64,000 nucleotides of DNA from Octopus vulgaris (GCA_951406725.2 OX597832.1:64170001-64234000); one strand, 5' to 3'; counted from the stretch's first letter, positions 15,410 to 30,134 are shown. Notes: generated by a model not told the origin, from the sequence alone. Program-made: numbers and translations.

Positions 15410-16177
15410 TAACAAAATCTAAAGTGGAGGATGTTATGTAAATTCCACCATGTTTCTGTCTGTGTCTGCTGAGGCAAGGGAAAGGTGTATTGCGTAAGAC
15501 CAGTGATTGTTCATATGTGCTACCAGTCTCTTCTCCTCGCATCACCCCTAATGATATGGCACCAGCATCGACACAGGGGTCGCCCTCTAAGCTCAGAAGG
15601 CTGGGACCGTCACTGGAAGACATTCTATCCGACGCTTTTGTTGTTCCTTACCAGTCGACCATCTTGGATTTCTTTGTTTCTATCACCCGTCTTCCTCCCC
15701 ACCCCCGACAGAAAGAAAAATGAAGTTGACTGCAATGGGGTTTGAACTCTGAAAGGAGGAAAAGTAACATGAAGTAATCTATCCAACGCTTTAACCACTT
15801 TGCCAAATTATGGAGAGATGCATATAGACGGATATAAAAGCACAGTTTCATATCCATAATCTCACACACACAAACATTTACGCATGATGAAGTATATAGA
15901 ACTATGTAGTTAAACTATTAGTGCGCGTGAGAGCTGGATGGAGGCTGTGAGAATGTAGTGTGTATATGAATATGTGTATAATATTAGAGAAATATCCCCT
16001 CAGGTCTTATAAAGATAACACTGTCGTCTTTACATCTTATTTTAAAAACAATAATGGCTGGATATTTAAGTTTGGTATTTGTAATGGCTTTTCTTTTGAA
16101 ATACATCGTCTTTTCTATATATTAATAGGAAAAAGGATGTTTTAAATCCTTCTTCGTGTGAGAATAGTATTTCTCTT

Positions 16178-16636
<459 letters not shown>

Positions 16637-16649
16637 AGTATTTCTCTTT

Positions 16650-17490
16650 CTTAGGCGCCCTGGTGTGGTTGATACGGCTGAAGTCCGCTTCCTTTACCTT
16701 CTTACCACCACAGAAACGTTTATCAAAGCTCTAGCGCTTGGTAACCCATTCACCCACTTAAATAGTATGTAATACTAATGTAATACTAATATCCTAGGTA
16801 TGGCTTTAAATTGTATCCGGTAGTGGAGCTCTGGTTCAGAAGTGTCAAAGTTTTGATTAGTGTGAAACCACTTGTTAGTCTCTGAGGCTCCCAAATTAAC
16901 TCTGATCTGGAGTAGTAGCAGATGTCCGAGTCAAAGCTATAAGTTAACTAGTATGTCACGGAATTGCTTCCGGAAGAAGGTTATTCGTAGAGACCCCAAT
17001 GGACGCAGGGCAGATGAAGCCCTCCAACTCTTTTGCTATTCTTCTCAGAAAAAGTAATTCTATATAAATTCTATATCATAGTATCTATTAGGCCCGTGAT
17101 ATTTGTTGCACCAAACCAATGCGAGTTTGAATGAAGACAGAATGGAACTGATTCTGCACGAACGATGCCAACTGTAATAATAGGCATCGTGCAGGCTGTT
17201 CAACAAACTACCAGCACCAGTACTACCTCACTATCCTCATGAATCCCGTGGCGATAGGGAAACAGGTGACGGGGGACAGAGATAGGATGCTACTGGGAAT
17301 GGACAGCTTTGACCCTGCACACTGGTGGCCATAAGCTGATGGTAGTTTCGTAGCCGTGTCTTGCTGTACATTCATCCATTGAAGCAACGAGAGAGTCCAC
17401 CACCAATACAAATGGTCGTAGAACAGAATTAGGTTTGGCCGTGATGCAATGTGGTTGACATTCAACTTGAATATTTGTAGACTGTCGCCT
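16650..17490 (-). mobile_element. Possible highly decayed LINE APE-endonuclease region
   Basis: Minus-strand [11 protein letters not shown] resembles an APE N-terminus, and KEADFS resembles the post-APE KA(D/N)W motif. No continuous ORF. Confidence 0.25.
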
Positions 17491-17717
17491 TTAGAAAAGG
17501 AAAGGAAAAGAGAAGAGAAAAAGTGGATGGCCAAGGAATTCGTGGCCTGAAGGACGATTTGAGAGGAATGATTGATAAATATGTTTAGAGGAAGAGAAAA
17601 GGATCGGGGGAGGATCAGGATTAAACACAGTGGAGATGAATAGAAGAGGGAGTGACAATGTATTACGTGACAATCGTCGTAATAGCTGTAGAACCGGTAG
17701 TTAGTGATTTTGTACTG

Positions 17718-17755
<38 letters not shown>

Positions 17756-18077
17756 TAATGTATAAATATAAATATAAATATATATATATGTGTATAAATA
17801 TAAATATATATAAGTATAGATATATATATGTATGTATAAATATATATAAAAATATATATATATGTATAAATATATATAAATATATATATAGATATATGTA
17901 TAAATATATATATGTATAAATATATATATAAATATATATATATGTATAAATATATATAAAAATATATATATATGTATAAATATATATAAATATATATATA
18001 TGTATAAATATATATAAATATATATATATGTATAAATATATATAGATATATATATATATGTATAAATATATATAATA

Positions 18078-18960
18078 TCCTTAAAAATGTTTCAGCCCGA
18101 AGGCTGCGGTCATGTTGTGGCACCATCGTTGAATGAGCTACACTAGTTTTGTGAAACTGCCTCTGATATGTGGCACGTGATCAACAAGGGAGTTCGATGC
18201 CGCTGGCCGCATCTGTGTTTCCTGCCGAGAGGTAGGTTCATCTGGGACCCCTGACAAGAAGAAATCCAGTTTAGTTTTAAAGAAACCCACATCCACACCA
18301 TGCAGGTCTCTCGGGCATGTAGGAAGGATATTGAAGAGCTGTGGTCCTCTGAAATCCAAGCAGTATCTGGTCCTGTATTTTGATGGTGATGTTAGGATCT
18401 TTGGCACCATGCAGTGGCTCCCCGTTCTGCTGTTGGACTAACTTTGAATGCCAAAGTTTGGGACAAGACCCTCCAGGATTTTCCAGATGTATATCACTGC
18501 ATATTTCTCCCGCCTTCGCTCCAGGGAGAAGAGTTTTAATACTTTCAATCTGATATGTTGTATTGAGACGATCTTCTGAGTGTAGCTTCGTTGAATTGCT
18601 TCGAGTTCTGCTGTTAACTTTATATTGTGTGGTGACCATAGTTGGGAGCAGTAGTCCAAGTGGCTGAGGACGAATGTCTTCCAAAGGACCATCAGTGTCT
18701 CCATCTCTCTTGTTCTGAAAGTTCGGAGAATCCATCCAGCTAGCAGTCTGCATTTTATTACCAAATTAGTAATATGCACTTGGAAAGATGTATCATTGCT
18801 CATATCAATGCCAGATCACGCACTGATTTTGACTCAGGAATTACAGTTCTTCCAGCGCCAGTCTGCATGTCGTTTACCTTTGTGTGCCGGTAGCGCAGGG
18901 CCTTGAACTTCCCTGCATTAAACTGCATGTTGTTATCCTCAGCCCACCTGTATATTGTAT
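18078..18960 (-). mobile_element. CR1/L2-type LINE family 1, 5'-truncated (RT C-terminal region and 3'UTR), frameshifted
   Basis: [78 protein letters not shown]. Confidence 0.93.
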
Positions 18961-18962
18961 AT

Positions 18963-19024
<62 letters not shown>

Positions 19025-19195
19025 TTGTGTGTGCAAATATATATAAATATATATATATGTATAAATACATATAAATATATATGTATATATATAAATGTAT
19101 AAATATATATATAAATGTATAAATATATATATATAAATGTATAAATATATATAAATATATATATGTATAAATACATATAAATACATATGTATATA

Positions 19196-19242
<47 letters not shown>

Positions 19243-19399
19243 AAGTATATATATAAATACATATATATGTATAAATATATATAAAAATATATATATATGT
19301 ATAAATTTATATAAATATATATGTATAAATATATATAAAGATATATATATATGTATAAATATATATAAATATATATATATATGTATAAATATGTATAAA

Positions 19400-19429
19400 A
19401 TCCTTAAAAACGTTTCAGCCCGAAGGCTG
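19400..19429 (-). mobile_element. About 30-bp terminal fragment of LINE family 1
   Basis: tccttaaaaacgtttcagcccgaaggctg matches 18078-18106 at all but one base. Confidence 0.8.
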
Positions 19430-19433
19430 TATA

Positions 19434-19474
<41 letters not shown>

Positions 19475-19516
19475 CGGAATGGTCATATTGCCAGTTTAGC
19501 CAATAAATATTTAAAC

Positions 19517-19618
<102 letters not shown>

Positions 19619-20278
19619 GTATGTATATATATGTATATATATATATGTATATATATACGTATGTATATATATATGTATATTATGTATATATGTACATATA
19701 TATGCATATATATGTGTATATCTATATATATATATGTATATATATATATTATATAATATGTATATATATATTATATACATATGTATATATGTATATATGT
19801 ATATATATATATATACATACATATATATATATCTTGAGAATTACGTAGAGAGAGCAATTGATCAATGCTCTTGGGAAAAGACAGTCGTGTCACAGATTTA
19901 ACTTAACTACTCACTAAAATCAATACTACTAATTGTTAACCGAACGTTAACCGCTGATTATCAATATTGGTGATCGGTATTCGATCACCTTCGTAAGAAG
20001 TTTAACACGTCGTTGTATCAACAAATTCACATGGCAAAATAATAGAATGTAGGATTAAATACTTGAAAGTTGTGGCTATTAATATTTTAATGCCCTAGGT
20101 CAGCCTTGATAATGCTGACCTAAGAATAAAAACATTCCGGCCGTGATCACACAGACTCTTTTGTGCTGACGTTAGAATGTGCTTTGAAGGAGATTTAGCT
20201 GATGTTTGTAGCAAATCGTGTGGTTGTGTAGATGTATTCCCATAGCTCAAATGGCTAAAATTATTTTATTGTGCTGAT

Positions 20279-20838
20279 AGTGTCTTCTACTATATTCTCG
20301 GGGCGACCAAAGCCTTGTGAGTGGATTTAGCAGACGGAAACTGAAAGAAACCCTTCTGTGTTATTATTTATACGGCATCACACTCGAGACCCTCCCTACT
20401 TTGGATCTTGAGCTTATAGAGGACGATGGGATATGTGCCGGAGTATACCTCTGTCTGAATTTACGTATTCGCTGTGTATTTGGTTAATACTTTTGAATGT
20501 ATGCGTAGCTGAAAGGACAAATCTTTTCCTTGCTTTAGTGAGCACGTGAGTGTCTGTACACAGGTATGTTGTCCACCGTCTCTACCTTGGTATCTTTGTT
20601 ATTTAAATGCTTTGATTATATTTGATGTCTGGGTGTGTGTCTTTGTGTGCGTGTTTATCCACCACCAACGCTTGACAACCGGTCATGGAGTGTTTACGTT
20701 CCCGTAATCTAGCGGTTCGGAAAAAGAGACCGATAGAATAGGTACTTGGTTTAATAAGACAAATACTGGGGTCAATTCGTTCGATGTGGTGCCCCGGCAT
20801 GGCCGCAGTCTAATAAGGGAAACCAGTAAAGGATATAA
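20279..20838 (+). mobile_element. SINE family B, 5'-truncated, with about 260 bp of unrelated sequence at the internal microsatellite position
   Basis: gtgtcttctactat..gaccaaagccttgtgagtggattt..gacggaaactgaaag, then cgcttgacaaccg..gcggttcgg..ggtgccccggcatggccgcagtc. Confidence 0.8.
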
Positions 20839-21828
20839 AATATATACGCATAACCTTCCTTTAATTACTTAAAACAAGAATGGATTTTGTTTAAACGGAA
20901 ATATATTATTCCCTAAGGAAAAGAAACTCCCTATGCGATAAGAAGCAATTAGGGAAAAAATTGTGTGGGGAAAGAATTCGAATTCCTGTGGAAACGAAAC
21001 AAACTGATAAATCAAAAGAAGAAGAAGAAGAACAACAACTACAACTACTTAGCCACACCGTTATGTTGAACGGCAAAGTCAGCCTCGGCGGAATTTTGAG
21101 CACAGAACAGAAAGAGCTCGAAGGAATGCCGCTGAACACACATAACAAGTAACAGGATACCCCCCCCACGCACACACACAAATGAAAAACGAAGAGGTTT
21201 CCTATTTTAACCTGAGAAATATGACATTCTGCGTTTCCTACTTGGTTTGCTATCAGAATAAATATGGCGGAGAAGTGGTTAATCCGAAGATGTTATTTTT
21301 GGTGCTAGTTGTGGTCCAATGTCTCCAGTTTACCGGAAGAGCGCTTCTAGCCTGAAACCCAGTGCAGTGATGAATACGCGGAGCCATATTGATGAATGGG
21401 AAACAAGATGGTTGTCTAAAAACGGAGCGCTAAGAACTGACATCGTTGTTTTCTTCCAGCTATAAACACCAAGCACTCACATATACATATACACACAACA
21501 CACACACATATGATACACATTCATATATAACTTATTGCGTGTGAGTGTGTGCATGCGTGTTTATATAAAAAGAAACGCGCACTTGTATGCACATACATAC
21601 ATATATAGACAGATGCATATTTATACAGACATCAACACACACACACACACACTCACACACACACACACATATATATATAAATACATAAACATACATGTGG
21701 ATATGCACGTATATGTGTATACACGCACACATGCTCACATATACTTTCTATTTATAATAAAATTTACCCGAATGTATTGCGTCGTCTGTCACCTGGTGCA
21801 ATGGTCCCTTGTACACACACACACGTGA

Positions 21829-21889
<61 letters not shown>

Positions 21890-22390
21890 TGTATATATGT
21901 GTATATATACTGTATCCATCGCACATACAGCATACTCTTTCTATCTCTGTTGTTTTATGTTTCAAAATTCGCTCAGTTCATGAGGATATTTATTGATATA
22001 GAAAATAATGAGGAAACGTAGCTGGAGGATAAGGGTGTTTTATATATACATATAACACACACAAACACACACACACACATATATATATATAAAGTGTGTG
22101 TGTATATCAATGTTCACAGTCATTGCCAGTTCTACATGAATATCTTATATAAACACATACTCACGTGCGCACACAAACACACACATTGGTCTATAATCTC
22201 TGAGTACACATACCCACGCACTAATATATACATATATTCATGTATACCTATGTATGAGTATGTATTTTGCTTAGATGTCCCCCGTATCTATATATGTACG
22301 TATATGTGTATTCGTGTGGGTAAGTGTGCATATACCTATACTTACACTGATTCTGTGTGTGAGTGTATGTCTGTATGCATACATACACAA

Positions 22391-22465
<75 letters not shown>

Positions 22466-22920
22466 TGTAATGCGCATTAGTATATATATATATAGTTCTA
22501 TAGATTTTTTATTTGAACAATATATATGCACCCATATATATATGTGTGTGTGTGTGTATGTATTTTTCTCTATCTATCTATCTGTCTGTCTATCAATCTA
22601 TCATTACTCCCCATCTACCTCTCTCACCCCAGCCCACACAGAGTATCCAATGAAATCGTTTTTACTACTTATGTAGATGTCTCCACTGTTGTTCCTTTAC
22701 GCTCAGCGGCGGATAAAGATACTCCGGAATTGGAAACTAAACTTAAACCGAACCTGACAGTGATATTTCACTGACGTGCGTGCGCACGCGTCTTACGTAC
22801 TTACACACACTCATCGATTACACAGAGACACACACATGTACATACGTATACAAACGTATGTGTATTCACTAACACATACACAATTATATGAACACACGCA
22901 CACATAAATACATGCATAAA

Positions 22921-22954
<34 letters not shown>

Positions 22955-22967
22955 TATATATATGCAC

Positions 22968-23061
<94 letters not shown>

Positions 23062-23481
23062 GCAAACACATATAGATGCGCGCACGCACGCATCACAAAT
23101 ACAAATTTCTGTCTGTATCAATGTCACGGCAAAGGCTCCCCGTGCTATGATACATAAAACGAGAGAGAGAGAGAGGGTGGTGGACGGAGGGGGGATTACT
23201 TAATCTAAATTGATAAACGATTAACCTTAGAAATGGACAGGTTCAAGACTTTGTAGAAGCACTTAGTTTTAGACGTTGATTGTCTTGATTAAGCTTGTCA
23301 TCTACGGCTGCTCTCTTCGTTAATAATTCTGATTTCCAAGTTGACATAGGAGCAAATATTTTTGTCGTTGATGCTACTGTTGTTGTTGGCTGATGCCAGG
23401 TCAGTCCTGATTGAGAAGACCTGTAATCAAAGACATTCCATCTATGACCATCATGTCTCTTTCTGCAACTCGTATTTAATC

Positions 23482-23752
23482 TTTCTTTTATCTTTTACTT
23501 GTTTCTGCCAATGGATTACGGCCATGCTGGGGCATCGCCTTGAAGGGGTATTATCGCCGAAATCGAAACCAGTCCTTATAATTTTTAAAGAATGTTACTC
23601 ATTTATTCGTTCACTTTTGTTGAACCGCTATATTACAGATCGTAAACAGGCCAACACCGGTTGTGTAGCGATTGCCAGACACAAGCACAGAAACAGATAC
23701 AAGCACACACCCACAACGGGTTTCCACATAGTTTCCGTTTACCAGATTTATT
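23482..23752 (-). mobile_element. SINE family B, 3' two-thirds
   Basis: Reverse complement of the family B tail (cggccatgctggggca..gaaccgcta..gtttccgtttacca). Confidence 0.8.
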
Positions 23753-24038
23753 CCTAAGCGAACTTCCTGTTAGTGATCACGAAACACCGCCACTTTTTTT
23801 ACCTGTCGTCGCGATAGCACACCGAATGGGCAACGTAGGTGGGAGCAAAGTGGTTCTATGTTCTGAGATGAAAGTGCAAGGAAGACAAAAAGGTCGTTAT
23901 ACTCACTAACGAGGCGACACAGGGGCTACACAATTGTAACAATCGTCCCATCCAGGACAGCCATATTATGTCGGCAAATAGTCTTTAAAGAACTGTTACT
24001 GAATATCTCTCTTTGAGAGATTTAGAGAAAATGTTTCT

Positions 24039-24131
<93 letters not shown>

Positions 24132-24133
<2 letters not shown>

Positions 24134-24512
24134 CGTGGCACTCCGACGGTTATGATGACCAGGGTTCCAGTTGATCCGATCAACAGAACAGCCTGCTCGT
24201 GAAATTAAAGATGATATTGATTTCAATACCAAGACCGGGCTGCGTGTTGTGTTCTTGAGCAAGACACTTTATTTCACGTGGCTCCAGTTGATTCAGCTGT
24301 AGAAATGAGTTGTAACTTCACTGGTGCCAAGCTGTATCGGCCCCTTTGTCTTTCTCTTGGACAACATCGGTTGCATGGAAAGGGGAGGTTGATATTTATG
24401 GGCGACTGCTGGTCTTCCATAAACAACATTGCATGGACTTGTGCCTCGGCGAGGAACTTTCTAGGTTCAATCCCACGGTCATCCATGACTGAAGGGGTTC
24501 TTGACCCTTTTA
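24132..24512 (+). mobile_element. Fragments of further SINE-like repeats; includes a GTGTTCTTGAGCAAGACACTT block resembling conserved SINE central domains
   Basis: The block at about 24249-24270 resembles the V/CORE-type SINE consensus (recalled, not searched). The 5' part resembles about 35150-35225. Confidence 0.45.
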
Positions 24513-24519
24513 CCGTGTG

Positions 24520-24769
24520 TTTTTTTTTAATTGTTTCAGTTATTTGACTGTCGCCATGCTGGAGCATCGCCTTTAGTCGAACAAATCGATCCCAGGACTT
24601 ATTCTTTGTAAGCCTAGTACTTATTCTATCGGTTTCTTTTGCCGAGCCGCTAGTTGACGGGGAGGTAAACACACCAGCATCGGTTGTCAAACGATGGTGG
24701 GGTGGCAAACACAGAAACACTAGTACAAACGTATATACATATATATATATATTTATATTACTATATATA

Positions 24770-24834
<65 letters not shown>

Positions 24835-24848
24835 AATATATATATATA

Positions 24849-24935
<87 letters not shown>

Positions 24936-25102
24936 ATATGACGGGGTTCTTTCAGTTTCCGTCTATCAAGTCCACTCACAAAGCTTTGGTCGGCCTGAGG
25001 CTATGGTGGAAGACACTTCCCCAAGTTGCCACTTAGTGTGACTGAACCCAGAAATATATGATTGAGAAGCAAGCTCCTTACCATCCAACCACTCCTGCGC
25101 CT
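24520..25102 (-). mobile_element. SINE family B, full length with expanded internal (TA)n
   Basis: Head revcomp aggcgcaggagtggttggatggtaagg; tail revcomp gatgctccagcatggcgacagtcaaataactgaaac. Confidence 0.9.
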
Positions 25103-26379
25103 ATTTTTATATATGTATACACACACACAAACAGAAACATCAACGGTGGAACCCTTGGTAGCGTGGGAATAATCTGTTAGAATACCCTGTTGGTTTGAAG
25201 GAATTAAAGGCTGCCTGGGTTCCATCGTTAAATAAAGCGATTTATTTTATGTCTCTCCAAGTCACTAAATTATTATGACGTAACCATACATACATACATA
25301 CATACATACATACCTACATACATATATACATACATACATACATATATACATACATGCTTACATACATACATGCTTACATGCATACATACATACAGTTAAT
25401 TACGGCATAAGTTTATACAATTTAACTCTGTAAGCTATTTTTCTAATTAACTTGTCTGTAAATGTTTTGTACAAATAAGAAGATATTTTAAATATAATTA
25501 ATTCTAGAGAATCTCGTAAATGTTTTCAAATTAATTTTCTCCCATTTCACGTATTTTTTTCGTCGTCTGTTATGTAGGAATCTACACATACATGAATAAA
25601 TGCATACATATACAGCGCATAAATATATACGCACACATATAGGTACATTCATAGATACACACCTACATTACATATATGTATAGGCTTACGTTTGTGTATG
25701 TGTACACACACACAGACACTCATATATATATATTAGACGTATATGTGGTAATACGCACAAAGATGCATAAATACAAATATGTGTGCGTACATATATTTTC
25801 TCTCTCTCTCTCTCACACACACTCACACATATATACGCTTTAAATGAGAAATCAAAATTTATAAAAGTTTATAGTTGATATCCATATATCTACACTTATA
25901 CACACACAATCACACACACACACACGTGTGTGTGTGTGTTTAGTGAAATTTTGGTCGATAAATTAATTTTCTAGATTTTAAAAACAACACCATCGCTAAC
26001 ACAACACAAACAGAAGATACTACAACGTTCAACTTCGATCTGATAAGATAAATATCACGCTTTATCAGAAGTTTCCTCTATATTAAATTCCAATCGATTT
26101 CAGTGGAAGAAAAATCAAAACATTTCATTAACAACAACTAGAAAAACAATAATAATAAAACAAAGAACACTAAAAAAAGTATAATAAAAGTAAAAAAAAA
26201 AAAGAAAGGAAAAGAAATCTGAATTCTCGAAGGAGAACAAGTATCCCAGAAATGTGGCATTAAAGAGGAAAAATATTTTTTCCCCCAAATATTTAACGAT
26301 AAACTATTCAAACAGGTCTAGACCTGCAGAAAAAAAAATGATAATACCGTTGATTAACACGTCTATCACTTAATTTTTG

Positions 26380-26465
<86 letters not shown>

Positions 26466-26466
26466 A

Positions 26467-26620
26467 GGCGCAGGAGTGGCTGTGTGGTAAGTAGATTGCT
26501 TACCAGCTACATGGTCCTGGATACAGTCCCACAGCGTGGCACCTTGGGCAAGTATCTTCGACCAAGACCCAAAGCTATAGTAGAGTGAATTTGGTAGACG
26601 GAAACTGAAAGAAGCCCATC

Positions 26621-26654
<34 letters not shown>

Positions 26655-26883
26655 GTGTGTGTGTGTGTGTGTGTGTATGTTTGTGTATATGTATTTGTCC
26701 CCCGCAACATCGCTTGACAACCGATGCTGGTGTGTTTACGTCCTCGTAACTTAGCGGTTCGGCAAATGAAACCAATAGAATAAGTACCAGGCTTACAAAG
26801 AATAAGTCCAAGGGGTGATTTGCTCGACTAAAGGCAGTGCTCTAGCATGACTGCAGTCAAATGAGTGAACCAAATAAAAGAAT
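26467..26883 (+). mobile_element. SINE family B, full length
   Basis: ggcgcaggagtggctgtgtggtaag head, caccttgggcaagt CORE-like block, internal (TA)n(TG)n, and tail gtgctctagcatgactgcagtcaaatgagtgaac. Confidence 0.92.
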
Positions 26884-26932
26884 ATATATATATGTATGTA
26901 TGTATGTATATATATATATGTATGTATATATA

Positions 26933-27290
26933 TGGGGAGAATTCACAAAAAAACCCAACAAAAGACGAAGGCAGGTGATGTAGACCACAAGCAGATGTAT
27001 TAGTTTAACGTTCGGGAAGTGAAGAAGTCTTTAACGATTCGAGCCTACGCTCTTCCACAGAAAGGAACACAGAAAGAAATAAGGAGAGAAAATAAAGAAT
27101 GTGTAGTGGCTAGCGATCTATCATAGCGAATGCCGGACAGAGGGGTCACACAGGAGAGCTAGGAAGAAGGGGAGATAATGAAGTAGTGGTGTTCCCAAAA
27201 CGAATGTTCGCGTGCGTCTGTATAAGATAGTATGTATGTGCGTGTGGAAGAGGGCTGGTGACCTTGACGCGTGCGTGTGTGGATGTGGGG
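26933..27290 (-). mobile_element. Penelope-like non-coding repeat containing a hammerhead-like motif at 27029-27064
   Basis: Minus strand CTTT-CTGTGGA-A-GAGC(GTAG)GCTC-GAAT-CG-TT-AAAG. Flank gatgtattagtttaacg is shared with about 15230-15250 and 6180-6197. Confidence 0.6.
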
Positions 27291-27293
27291 CTG

Positions 27294-27339
<46 letters not shown>

Positions 27340-27684
27340 CATTTATATATATAGACTTATGTATGTATACACACACGCACATATATGTAAAGACATAAAA
27401 TATTGGGATGGAGAATGATATCTAGAATGCGTTCACTTTAAACCTCTTCCTGATACGTGTTTCTACTGTATAGACATCTTAAGATGTGACATCCAGTTGT
27501 TGCATCCTGTGGTGTCAGTCGCATTGTAACTCCATCGAAGGTATACGTATCCATGCAACTTTATTCAAGGTGTTACCACTACGCGGCTTTGAAGCGAACT
27601 GACGAGTTTGGTGTTTGATAGTCGTATTCTCAGTGTAATTTAGTTGGGGGATGTATGTATTTAGTGGAGAAGGTAGAGTATATA

Positions 27685-27910
27685 TCTATGTGTGTGTATG
27701 TCTTTGTGTCTGTATTTGTCCCTCACCAACGCTTAACAACCGGTGTCAGTGTGTTTACGTCCCCGTAACCTAGCGGTTCGGTGAAGAATTTTCGATAGAA
27801 AACTTACCAGGCTTTAAAAATAAGCATTGGACTTAATTCAACTGAGTGCGAATTTTGCAGGAGGTGTCCCAGCATGGCCTCAGTCTAATGATTGGAGTAA
27901 GTGAAAGATA
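27685..27910 (+). mobile_element. SINE family B, 3' half
   Basis: gtgtgtttacgtccccgtaacctagcggttcgg..ggtgtcccagcatggcctcagtc. Confidence 0.85.
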
Positions 27911-28176
27911 TTTTGTGAATATTAAGATTCCAGTAACGTAACCAATTTCGTTCCTCACTTGACAGATACCTAATTTCTTGAACCCAAATTAGAACCAGCT
28001 GCCTTTGAATTTGAATGTGGAATTTTTGAACCTGATTGGATATACTACTACATATTTTGTCTTTGGTATGCAGTAGTCCTAAAATTATTAAGCGTTTTTA
28101 ATATAATAATTCTAAAGCAATGGTGATTAAGTTGTTCAAGCAAAGTGTTACGCTATATTGTAAGCATTCTTAAAAA

Positions 28177-28850
28177 GGCGGTGAGTTGAAACAAATGTTA
28201 CTGCGCCGGCCAAAATGCTTAACAGCATTTTCGTCCGTCTTTTCGTTCCAATTTCAAATTTAGTCGAAGTCGACTTTGCCTTTCAACCTCGGGGTCTATA
28301 AAATAAGTAACAGTTAAGCACTGGGGTAGCTGTAATCAACTTACCCCATCTCCCGTGATTGTTCGCCTTGTGCCAAAATTTGAAACTGTTATTAAAACGA
28401 TGCTGCCAGAATAGTTAGCATGCCGATCAAAATACTCAGCGGCATTTTGTCCGCCTTTACGCTCTGAGTTGAAATACCACTGTGATCGAATTTAACTTTC
28501 ATCTTTCCGGGGTGGATAAAATAAGCACCATTTGAGCAGTGAGGTTGATGGAATCGACTTACATCTTTTATCAAAATTGCCGGCCTCGTGCCAACAGTAG
28601 ACATGATTATTAAAACAGTGGATAGTAGAAACAGTAGGGCGATGGAAAAAACATCTAATTAATTACGCCTAAATGAAATTTTGAGTTCAAACACCCCCCT
28701 GTTGAACATTAATATTTTTATTCTTCCGGGTGCTGAAAAAATAATATAGTCTCATGCCAGAATGCGTTAACCAACATCATATCAACCCTCTGACCCCATT
28801 GCCTTATCTACTATGATGTATGAGCTTGTGCCTAAACCTAAAATAATCAA
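28177..28850 (+). mobile_element. Three tandem SINE family A copies (about 28177-28390, 28395-28607, and decayed 28612-28850)
   Basis: Repeated head, core and tail, joined by att linkers. Confidence 0.8.
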
Positions 28851-29464
28851 TATTTTGAAATTTAACTATTCGAAAAAAATTTCCGTTCAATTCTTAACAT
28901 TTCTCTGTCTTTTTTCACATATTACACTAATTTCCGCTGATTTACGTTTGTATCCGTTAATTTTCGTTACTTGTCGTAAAAGAACTCATTTACTTACACA
29001 CACTGTTCTTTATCTATTTTCTTTACAATTTCGTTTTTTTCTTTCTCTCGTACAAATTTTAATATTATAACTAATTTGAATTTGTGTGAAGAGGTAGCTT
29101 TTTCTCTTCTTTAAGTCGTACGTTCTCTCTACCATCCGCCATCTTTAGTCTGTGTATCACGTTTTTTTTTCATGGGGTGCCAGTGTGTGAGTGAGTTCGA
29201 GTGTGTTGTGTGTGTATGTGAATGCGCGCATGAGTAAGAGGGTGATTTTGTAGTAAGACAAGTATGTTTTTTGTTTAACTATTCTATCTACCATCCTGTT
29301 AGTTTTTATGTATTTTTAAAAAAATAAATTTACTACAGGCTATTATTGGCAACCAATAAAATTTGATTAAAATTAAGTTTTTGTATTTTTTCAATTTTGT
29401 TTTAAATGTAATCTTTCTCTGTATATGTACACGTACGTGTATACACACACACACACACAAACAT

Positions 29465-29497
<33 letters not shown>

Positions 29498-30134
29498 CAT
29501 GTGTGTGTGTACAAACATACGTACCTGCGTACACACACGGCCACACACATATATACACTTGTGCATCTGTATATATAGACATATATGTATACGTATATAT
29601 GTTTCTCTCTCTGTCTCTCTTCCTCTTTATATATATACACACAAACACACAGAAACGTATATATGTATACATACCTGGTATACATACATATGTTTCTCTC
29701 TCTCTATCGCTATATACAAGTGTATATCTTTGTATATATACGTATGTTCTCGGCGTAATTGTCATGCTTAAACAAAGTGTAAAACTTGTCGAACTTTGTG
29801 TGTGTGTGTCTGTGTGTGTATGTATGCATCTATGGAAAATGGCGTCTACTTGAAATAATTGTCTGCCAGCGAGTTTCTGAGCACAAACGTAAAGAAAGTT
29901 ACAAAATAAAAATCGAATTACATTTATTGGATTTGTTAGAAGGAATAAAGCAACTCTCTCTAGTAGAGGTTCAATTCCCACCAAGGATATTACAAATCTG
30001 ACGTATAAGTATGTCAAATAGGTTAACCTTTCTATTAGAATATATGATGCTGTCGGTCATTTCTGCTGCTCTTGTTCACCTGGAAGTCGACCCATTGGGT
30101 GATGTAATCATCGATGCTTTATTGTTAAATATAT

